The notes under the pieces are model-generated. The model searched no databases. It was not told the DNA's origin and saw only the letters and a list, made by a program, of their open reading frames with translations. A stretch of 59,266 nucleotides of DNA, counting the filler. It is 6 parts of 6 records of this genome, joined end to end, with 100 filler letters (N's around TTAATTAATTAA, not from the genome) between each part and the next. Parts side by side here need not be neighbours in the genome. Positions count along the whole stretch, not along the records: positions 48,402 to 59,266 come from SRR22947727_2076; 5 more parts are not named here. The stretch is one strand, 5' to 3'. The translations under genes and the position numbers were made by a program. Of this stretch, positions 51,780-59,266 are shown one piece after another; within the stretch, counting starts at the first letter, position 1, and each line of letters opens with the position of its first letter.

Positions 51780-52966
51780 AAAGTCCTTATTTTTAAAAAC
51801 TTTCTTTTGCCAACCTGGTAAACTGCCTCAGAACCTTTTTGTATTTCTTTTTTTGGATCTAATACTTTTTCTGAATCTATTTTTACACCACCTTGTTTTA
51901 TTAGTCTCATAGCCTCAGAGGTGCTTGAAGTCATGTCAGTATTTTTCAATAAATTTGTTAAGGGAATGGAATCTGATTCTATGGTTAGTGAAATTTCTTT
52001 AATATCATCTGGCAAGCTACCTTTTTGAAATCTTTGTAAAAATGATTCTCTGCATGATGCTCCTTGGCCTGTCTCATGAAATCTATCAACAAGCTCTTCA
52101 GCAAGGAGAAATTTTATATCTCTAGGGTTGGTGCCTTCATCTACTTGTTTTCTTAAGTTGTTTACTTCTTTCTGAGATATGAAACTTAATAATTCAAACC
52201 ATCTCCACATCAATTCATCTGAAATAGACATAATCTTTCCAAACATTTCTTCTGGCCTTTCATCAATACCAATAAAATTATCTAAAGATTTAGACATTTT
52301 ATTTTTGCCATCTAGTCCCTCTAATATAGGCACAGTTAATACAACCTGAGGCTCTTGATCATAAGCTCTTTGAAGCTCTCTTCCAACCAGCAAGTTAAAT
52401 TTTTGATCGGTTCCGCCACACTCGACATCAGCATTTAAAGCAACCGAATCATAACCCTGAACCAACGGATATAAGAACTCGTGAAGTGCAATACTTTGAT
52501 TAGCGTTATAACGCTTATTAAAGTCATCACGCTCCAACATTCTTGCTACATTATATTTTGAAGCTAAGTCTATTAGGCCCGCCGCCCCTAGATCATTGCA
52601 CCACTCTGAGTTGAATCTTACTTCAGTTAACTCTTTCTTAAGAATTTTAAAAACTTGCTTCTCATATGTTTTTGCATTTTCTGTAAGCTCATCAGAGCCA
52701 AGCGTTGGTCTTGTTTTATTTTTTCCTGATGGATCACCTATTTGTCCAGTGAAATCACCAATTAGAAATATGACCTTATGTCCTAAATCTTGGAAATGTC
52801 TGAGCTTATTTAAAAGTACGGTATGGCCTAGATGCAAATCTGGAGCAGTCGGATCAAACCCGGCTTTTATAACTAACTGTTTGCCGGATTCTAGTTTCTT
52901 TTTAAGATCAGCTTCTGTAAGAATCTCATCTGTTCCTCTTTTGATTATTGATAGGGCTTCCTTCAT
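51776..52966 (-). CDS. tyrS: Tyrosine--tRNA ligase
   Basis: [35 protein letters not shown]4 domain. Confidence 0.97.
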   Translation of the reverse strand: MKEALSIIKRGTDEILTEADLKKKLESGKQLVIKAGFDPTAPDLHLGHTVLLNKLRHFQDLGHKVIFLIGDFTGQIGDPSGKNKTRPTLGSDELTENAKTYEKQVFKILKKELTEVRFNSEWCNDLGAAGLIDLASKYNVARMLERDDFNKRYNANQSIALHEFLYPLVQGYDSVALNADVECGGTDQKFNLLVGRELQRAYDQEPQVVLTVPILEGLDGKNKMSKSLDNFIGIDERPEEMFGKIMSISDELMWRWFELLSFISQKEVNNLRKQVDEGTNPRDIKFLLAEELVDRFHETGQGASCRESFLQRFQKGSLPDDIKEISLTIESDSIPLTNLLKNTDMTSSTSEAMRLIKQGGVKIDSEKVLDPKKEIQKGSEAVYQVGKRKFLKIRTL

Positions 52967-53043
52967 ATGCCTATCATAGTATTTTTAATCAATTAATAGA
53001 ATGAGTAAGTTGATACTTAGTGCTATAAGACTAAAATACACAT

Positions 53044-56000
53044 ATGTCAGTGTTCAAAAGTAAATTTATATCTGAGGCAGTAATTGTCCCTAAACTTATA
53101 AAAGAGACAGAGTTCTTAAATGATCCATCTATTTCTATTAATGCAAAAAAAATAATTGATGCATGCAGAGAAAATAAAAAAGAAAGAACTAAATTAGATG
53201 CTTTTTTAAGCGAATACGGACTAGACAACCAAGAAGGTGTTGCTTTAATGTGTCTTGCTGAATCAATTCTCAGAATACCAGATAGCAAAACAAGAGACTT
53301 AATAATTTCAGAAAGGTTGTCTGAAGGCAGATGGATAGAACATTTAAATAAAGCTGACAGCTTGTTTGTAAATGCTTCTACTTGGGGTCTCTTATTGGCG
53401 GGCAAAGTTGTAAAAACACCATCCGAATGGTCTCAAAATCCAAATAAATTTTTGCGATCATTAATTTCAAAATCTGGAGAATTTCCAATTAGAAATGCTG
53501 TAGTTGCTGCAATGCATATCCTAAGTCAAGAATTTGTTATGGGTAGAGATTTTAAAGATATTAATAAAATACCCAACATAAATGAATCCATTTATTCATT
53601 TGATATGCTTGGCGAGGCTGCAAGAAATAAAAAACAGGCAGATATTTATTATTCTTCTTATGAAAATGCTATCGAAGAGGTTGGCAAAATAAATCTTACA
53701 CAAGATACCAATAATGGAGTTTCAATCAAAATTTCTGCTCTTTGCCCTAGTTATGAAATGAGAAAATATGAAGATATTAAAAGCAAACTTATTCCAAAAC
53801 TTATATCGCTAACTGAACTTGGAAGATCTAAAGATGTGGAGATTACTATTGATGCCGAAGAACAAGACAGGCTTAGTATAAGCTTAGAGATAATTAAAAT
53901 TATGGCTCAATCAAAACAAATAAAAGATTGGCCTGGGTTTGGTATTGCGCTTCAGGCATACGGCAAAAGATCTATGGATTCAGTTAACTGGCTTGAGGAG
54001 CTTCTTAAAACAAGATCTCCGATGCATCTTAGGCTTGTAAAGGGAGCATATTGGGACTTCGAAATAAAACATTCCCAAGTTTATTCTCATGACGATTATT
54101 CTGTATTTACTAAAAAATCAATTACTGATCTGTCTTATCTTGCATGTGCGAAAAAAATCTTTGAAATTAGCTCAATTTATCCAAAATTTGCTACTCATAA
54201 TGCTCATACAGTTTCTGCTATAAACTATTTGGGTAAAGATAAAGATTATGAGTTTCAAAGACTTTTTGGAATGGGAGAGCTTTTATATAAATGTGCTGAT
54301 AAAGTTTTAGATCAATCTAATACAACATCTATTTATGCACCTATTGGGAAATATAAAGACCTGTTACCATATCTTGTAAGAAGACTTCTTGAGAATGGTG
54401 CTAATAGTTCTTTTATTAATAGGTTGCTTGACCCAGAAACAGATTCTTCATGGCTGGCTGCAGGACCGCATCTAAAAATTGAAAGTGAAAAAAAAGATAT
54501 ACCTCTGCCAAAGGACATTTTTAGGAATAGGAAAAACTCAAAAGGGATAGATATATCAGAAATGGAAAACCTTGAATTAATTAATAAAAAAATTAATGAG
54601 TATAGAAATAAAAGTATTCATGCTGTATCAATTTATAACAATAGGTCTGAAGATAAAGCATCCAAACGTGTAATTACCTCCATTGCAGACAATTCAGAAA
54701 TTGGATCTGTAGCTTTTGATGATATTGATATGCTTTTAAAAAATATTGACTCTAATTGTAGTTCTGATTGGAAAAATATTAGTGTAAAAAATAGAGCTGA
54801 TATCTTAATTAATATTTCTAATCAAATTGAATCAGATCCCTATGAACTAATATACTACTTGATGAATGAGGCCGGTAAAACAATCCAAAACTCTATTGAT
54901 GAAATTAGGGAAGCTATTGATTTTTTGAGGTATTACTCCAACCAAATGATTGGCATAGAAGAAAGTGAATGTGAATTAGAAGGACCGACAGGCGAATCAA
55001 ATAAACTTTCCTATTCAGCTAAGGGACATTTTTTGTGCATAAGTCCATGGAACTTTCCTGTTGCAATATTAATAGGCCAAATAAGTGCTGCGCTAATAAC
55101 AGGAAATAAAGTAACTGTTAAGCCGTCTGAACATACTTCTATATTAGGCTATATCATAGTTAAAAAATTTCATGAAAATGGTACACCTTTAGATGCTCTT
55201 CAGTTGGTTCTTGGTGATGGCAAATATGGAGATGCTCTTTCTCGGATTAGGCATCTTAATGGTGTAGCATTTACAGGCTCTTTACCTACAGCAAAAAAAA
55301 TACAAAATAATCTTAATCAAAACCAAAAAGAAATTCTTCCGCTAATAGCAGAAACTGGTGGAATTAATGCAATGATTGTTGATTCAAGTGCGCTTTTAGA
55401 ACAGGCTACTGATGATATTGTTAGATCTGCATTTGATAGCTCGGGTCAAAGATGCTCAGCCTTAAGAGTTCTTTGCATTCAGGATGAGATTTATGATGAC
55501 TTACTTGAAATGATAAAAGGCAATATGGAAGAGCTTAAAATTGGTAATCCTGAAAATCTTGATACAGATATTGGCCCAATAATTAATATAGCATCTAAAA
55601 CTAAGCTTGATAAATATATTAAAGATAGTGTTGATAAAGGTTTCGGTGTTTATCAATCCGAACCCAGTATTCTCGAAAGTGTTGTATCTCCAACTATAAT
55701 TGAAATTAATAAATTAAATGATTTAAGTGAAGAGCAATTTGGTCCAATATTGCATGTTCTAAAATTTAAATCTTCAGAAATTAGTAATCTCATTTCAGAG
55801 ATTAATGATACTGGATATGGTTTAACAATGGGTATTCATACAAGAATTGAATCAAGAGCAGATCTATTTAGTCAAAAGTGCAATGTTGGTAATGTTTATA
55901 TAAATAGAGATATGGTGGGAGCAGTTGTTGGTTCTCAACCTTTTGGTGGTCGTGGTCTTTCTGGAAGTGGTTATAAGGCGGGAGGACCAAACTACTTAAT

Positions 56001-56085
56001 ACAATTTTTAAATGAAAAAGTTATCTCAAAAAATTCTGTTGCATTCGGTGGGAATGCAGAATTGCTAAATATCCAAGAAGAGTAA
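53044..56085 (+). CDS. putA: Bifunctional proline dehydrogenase / P5C dehydrogenase (no N-terminal RHH domain)
   Basis: EGVALMCLAE, SFDMLGE, RLVKGAYWD, FATHNAHT, YLVRRLLENGAN, ETGGINAM, GQRCSALR, QPFGG. Confidence 0.96.
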   Translation: MSVFKSKFISEAVIVPKLIKETEFLNDPSISINAKKIIDACRENKKERTKLDAFLSEYGLDNQEGVALMCLAESILRIPDSKTRDLIISERLSEGRWIEHLNKADSLFVNASTWGLLLAGKVVKTPSEWSQNPNKFLRSLISKSGEFPIRNAVVAAMHILSQEFVMGRDFKDINKIPNINESIYSFDMLGEAARNKKQADIYYSSYENAIEEVGKINLTQDTNNGVSIKISALCPSYEMRKYEDIKSKLIPKLISLTELGRSKDVEITIDAEEQDRLSISLEIIKIMAQSKQIKDWPGFGIALQAYGKRSMDSVNWLEELLKTRSPMHLRLVKGAYWDFEIKHSQVYSHDDYSVFTKKSITDLSYLACAKKIFEISSIYPKFATHNAHTVSAINYLGKDKDYEFQRLFGMGELLYKCADKVLDQSNTTSIYAPIGKYKDLLPYLVRRLLENGANSSFINRLLDPETDSSWLAAGPHLKIESEKKDIPLPKDIFRNRKNSKGIDISEMENLELINKKINEYRNKSIHAVSIYNNRSEDKASKRVITSIADNSEIGSVAFDDIDMLLKNIDSNCSSDWKNISVKNRADILINISNQIESDPYELIYYLMNEAGKTIQNSIDEIREAIDFLRYYSNQMIGIEESECELEGPTGESNKLSYSAKGHFLCISPWNFPVAILIGQISAALITGNKVTVKPSEHTSILGYIIVKKFHENGTPLDALQLVLGDGKYGDALSRIRHLNGVAFTGSLPTAKKIQNNLNQNQKEILPLIAETGGINAMIVDSSALLEQATDDIVRSAFDSSGQRCSALRVLCIQDEIYDDLLEMIKGNMEELKIGNPENLDTDIGPIINIASKTKLDKYIKDSVDKGFGVYQSEPSILESVVSPTIIEINKLNDLSEEQFGPILHVLKFKSSEISNLISEINDTGYGLTMGIHTRIESRADLFSQKCNVGNVYINRDMVGAVVGSQPFGGRGLSGSGYKAGGPNYLIQFLNEKVISKNSVAFGGNAELLNIQEE

Positions 56086-57338
56086 TGGTTGGATTTAAAA
56101 AAGTTCCAACAAAAAGTGTTCTGATTATATTTTTTTTGTCTATTTTTTTAATTATGCTTTTGTATGCCGATTTTGTTACTGATGATTCCTTGCCTGAAGA
56201 GAGAATTGAAATAAGTGAGAAATTAAATGAACAAGTTTCTGACCTTTTCTCTTACAGAATCCATGAGGTTTTAAATGGTGAGAATCTATCAATTATATTT
56301 GAAGAGTTCCGATTGCCTTTAAATACTGCATATAAAATTTTTAGGCTTGATAAAAACAATCTTCTCTCTAAGATAAAGCCAGGTGATGAGATGAAGTTCA
56401 GCTACCTTGGCGACGACATTACAAGCATCGAGATTACTAAGGACAGTACAAACTCCATACTTATTGAAATCTCAAATGACATATCTATAAAAAAAATATC
56501 TAAAGATGTTGAGCTAATTAAATCATTTAAAAGTGGCATAATAAAAACATCATTTTATGAAGCTGCCCTTGATGCCGATATCCCAGATTCAATTATTATG
56601 GATTTTGCATATATTCTTGGGTGGGATATTGATTTTGTCTTTGATATTCGTAAAGGGGATTCCTTCTATGTGATATATGAAACTCCATATTCTAGTGGAG
56701 AACAAATTCAAAATGGCGATATAGTTACTGCAAAATTTATAAACAAAGGAAAAACTTATTCAGCTAACAGACTCTTTACAGATAAAAATAAAAAAGAGTT
56801 TTTTGATAATGATGGTAACAATATGCAAAAAGCTTTCTTAAGAGCGCCTTTAGATTTTGCTTATATTAGTTCGCATTTTAATCCTAATAGAATGCATCCT
56901 GTTCTGCACACTATTAGAGCTCATAATGGAGTTGATTATGCGGCCAAAAGAGGTTCGCCGGTCAGAAGCACCGGAGATGGCTCCGTTCAGTTTGTTGGTA
57001 GAAAAAATGGTTGTGGTAATGAGATAGTTATAAAACATTCAAATGATATTTCTACAAGATATTGTCACTTAGAGGGTTTTGCATCTAACATTAGAAAAGC
57101 AAAAAAAGTTAATCAAGGCGATACCATAGGTTTCGTTGGCAGTACTGGTCTTGCAACAGGCCCACATCTTCACTACGAATTTAAAATTGGAGGCAAAAAT
57201 ATTGATCCGATAAAAGTTAAACTCCCGTCTGCGGAACCAATTTCTAAAGAGTTTAAGTCGAGCTTTGATACACTAGTGGAAGATAATAAATTGTTACTAT
57301 CCAGGTTTGAATACCTTTACCCTAACGAATATGATTAA
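56085..57338 (+). CDS. M23 family peptidoglycan DD-endopeptidase (MepM/OapA-like)
   Basis: N-terminal TM, ISSHF, HNGVDYAA, YCHL, GLATGPHLHYE. Confidence 0.93.
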   Translation: MVGFKKVPTKSVLIIFFLSIFLIMLLYADFVTDDSLPEERIEISEKLNEQVSDLFSYRIHEVLNGENLSIIFEEFRLPLNTAYKIFRLDKNNLLSKIKPGDEMKFSYLGDDITSIEITKDSTNSILIEISNDISIKKISKDVELIKSFKSGIIKTSFYEAALDADIPDSIIMDFAYILGWDIDFVFDIRKGDSFYVIYETPYSSGEQIQNGDIVTAKFINKGKTYSANRLFTDKNKKEFFDNDGNNMQKAFLRAPLDFAYISSHFNPNRMHPVLHTIRAHNGVDYAAKRGSPVRSTGDGSVQFVGRKNGCGNEIVIKHSNDISTRYCHLEGFASNIRKAKKVNQGDTIGFVGSTGLATGPHLHYEFKIGGKNIDPIKVKLPSAEPISKEFKSSFDTLVEDNKLLLSRFEYLYPNEYD

Positions 57339-58428
57339 AAAATATTATATCGGAGCAATGTCAGGCACAAGTTTTGACGCTATTGATGTTTCTGTTATTA
57401 GATTAAAAAATGGTATTACTCTTGAGTGTTTTCATTCAAAAAAAATTCCAAGTTCGTTAAAGTCAAAAATTCGAACTCTGATAGATGGAAAGAATGTCAC
57501 TTTGTCTGAGCTAGGTATCCTCGATAAACAAATTGGCTCCTTGTTCTCAACATCAGTGCAAGAGTGTATTAATAAAAATAAATTACATAAATCTAATATT
57601 GGTGGTATTGCAGTCTCAGGACAGACTATTCTTCATGAAGTTAATAAAAAAAATTCATTTTCTATGCAAATTGGCGATCCAAATATAATAGCAACTGAAA
57701 CTCAGCTTCCTGTAATTTATGATTTTAGAAATATGCATATTGCTTTAGGTGGAGAAGGTGCCCCTCTTGTACCTGAGTTTCATAATGAACTTTTTTATAA
57801 AAAAGGAAGCCCTAGAATTATTCTCAACCTTGGAGGCATAGCTAATTATACCTATGTTTCAAATAGAAAAAATTTATGGGGTTCCGACGTCGGTCCTGGT
57901 AATGCCCTTCTAGATGCATATTGTCAAAAATTTCTTGATAAGTCATTTGATAAAGATGGGAGGATTGCTTCAAAGGGAAAAATTTATAAGCCTGAATTGC
58001 AAAAACTTTTATCAAATAAATTTTTTAAAAAATCATTCCCAAAATCTACTGGAAAAGAATTATTTAATTTAAGCATGCTATCAAGAAAATTCATTAAAGA
58101 ATCATCTGAAGATGTTCTTGCGACTCTCACCGAATTTTCAGCCTTATGTGTGGCTAATGCAATTAAACAAAATAATCATAAATTTGATGAAATAATCATT
58201 TGTGGCGGTGGCGGAAATAATAAGTTTCTTTTAAAAAGAATTTCAAATTTAATTCAAAGAGACGCTGCACTTTCATCTAACCTTGGTTACAACATTCAAG
58301 CCATTGAATCTATGGCATTTGCTTGGCTAGGATTTAAAAGATTAGCCAACCAGCCTTTAAAAATTCAATTAGGTAAAGATAAGTTTAATAGAGGGTTATT
58401 GGGATCTATAGCTAAGTCTAAACCGTAA
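57331..58428 (+). CDS. anmK: Anhydro-N-acetylmuramic acid kinase
   Basis: GAMSGTSFDAID, GGEGAPLVP, NLGGIAN, DVGPGN, PKSTGKE, CGGG, IESMAFAWL. Confidence 0.94.
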   Translation: MIKKYYIGAMSGTSFDAIDVSVIRLKNGITLECFHSKKIPSSLKSKIRTLIDGKNVTLSELGILDKQIGSLFSTSVQECINKNKLHKSNIGGIAVSGQTILHEVNKKNSFSMQIGDPNIIATETQLPVIYDFRNMHIALGGEGAPLVPEFHNELFYKKGSPRIILNLGGIANYTYVSNRKNLWGSDVGPGNALLDAYCQKFLDKSFDKDGRIASKGKIYKPELQKLLSNKFFKKSFPKSTGKELFNLSMLSRKFIKESSEDVLATLTEFSALCVANAIKQNNHKFDEIIICGGGGNNKFLLKRISNLIQRDAALSSNLGYNIQAIESMAFAWLGFKRLANQPLKIQLGKDKFNRGLLGSIAKSKP

Positions 58429-58756
58429 ACGACTCACCACAACCACATGTGGTCTTTGCATTAGGATTTTCAATAACAAATTTTGCTCCAGAAAGGTCCT
58501 CAACAAAATCAAGGGTTGATCCATACAGATATGGATATGACATAGAATCAATTAGAACTTTAAATTCTCCAAAATCAATCACATCATCATCAAATGCCTC
58601 GACATCATCAAATTTAAAGCCGTATTGAAAACCTGAACAGCCTCCTCCAGTTACATATACTCTGAATTTTGAGCGCTCACCTTCTTTTAAAACATTAGTA
58701 ATTCTTCCTAATGCAGAATTAGTAAGTTCAATTGAGCGGTCTTGATTGGTTTCCAT
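58418..58756 (-). CDS. erpA: Fe-S cluster insertion protein ErpA
   Basis: RVYVTGGGCSGFQYGF, NPNAKTTCGCGESF. Confidence 0.95.
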   Translation of the reverse strand: METNQDRSIELTNSALGRITNVLKEGERSKFRVYVTGGGCSGFQYGFKFDDVEAFDDDVIDFGEFKVLIDSMSYPYLYGSTLDFVEDLSGAKFVIENPNAKTTCGCGESFTV

Positions 58757-58952
58757 AATTATTTAATTTTGATTCTAATATTATTTTTTTTCAATTAATC
58801 ATTATATAACTATTCTAATAGCCATATGTAAGTTGTTAAATCGGTATTTATTCAAATTTTCTAAATATACTAGATAAAAAATTAGAGCTGCTATCAATTA
58901 TTATCAATAACAATATAAAATATAAAGATTCATTCTAAAAAATTATGCACTA

Positions 58953-59266
58953 ATGAAATCAACACTTATTATATTTTCTTCAACTGATGGACAGACACAA
59001 AAAATTTGCAAAAGAATAATGGAATTCGAAAAAAATAAAAATGACTCTCAAATAGTATCAATTTCTGAGGCTCGAAATACTGATTTATCTCAATTCCAAA
59101 GAATAATCATTGGTGCTAGCATAAGATATGGGAAACATAAACCTGATCTGTATAACTTCATAGAATCTAATATTGACGAAATTTCTAATAAAGAAAATGC
59201 TTTTTTTTCAGTTAATGTTGTAGCAAGAAAGCCTGAAAAAAATACACCTAATACGAACCCTTATAT
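58953..59266 (+). CDS. hemG: Flavodoxin-type protoporphyrinogen IX dehydrogenase, 3' truncated
   Basis: MKSTLIIFSSTDGQTQKIC, IIGASIRYGKH, AFFSVNVVARKPEKNTPNTNPY. Confidence 0.92.
   Translation, partial: MKSTLIIFSSTDGQTQKICKRIMEFEKNKNDSQIVSISEARNTDLSQFQRIIIGASIRYGKHKPDLYNFIESNIDEISNKENAFFSVNVVARKPEKNTPNTNPY

Overview
This window is not one genome. It is six unrelated marine contigs joined by artificial spacers (N44-TTAATTAATTAA-N44). (1) 1-9615: an intron-rich, GC-rich protist fragment with a coiled-coil gene, a 7-exon PP2A B56 gene, a GT2-like glycosyltransferase carrying a C-terminal trefoil domain, and an apparent 4-TM/myo-inositol 2-dehydrogenase fusion that has one GC-AG intron. (2) 9716-17391: a GC-rich gammaproteobacterium, possibly OM60/NOR5-like, with ilvI joined abruptly to a truncated pilY1, two converging minor-pilin sets and clpB. 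(3) 17492-26077: an AT-rich SAR11-like dcw region (murB-ddl-ftsQ-ftsA-lpxC-bamD-ligA, pepP, uvrD) with no ftsZ or recN at the locus. (4) 26178-37766: marine Synechococcus, with a lower-GC iron-related islet (porin, small secreted protein, PiuC-type hydroxylase, futA) next to core genes ubiD-comB-nit-amiC-murI-sds-HAD-acs. (5) 37867-48301: the structural module of a large T4-superfamily-like phage with TATAAATA late promoters. (6) 48402-59266: a SAR86-like AT-rich gammaproteobacterium (tRNA-Ile, prolyl oligopeptidase, FKBP, tyrS, putA, M23 peptidase, anmK, erpA, hemG). The strongest new signal is in the phage. The gp26-like gene beside the tape measure gene ends in a candidate -1 ribosomal frameshift cassette (A_AAU_UUU_UUC followed by a 13-bp stem, possibly a pseudoknot) that opens a 77-aa extension, a lambda G/GT-type arrangement in a T4-like phage. 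The same phage has a Maf/sialyltransferase-like gene inside its head operon. Taxonomic calls come from composition and recalled protein similarity; no database search was run.
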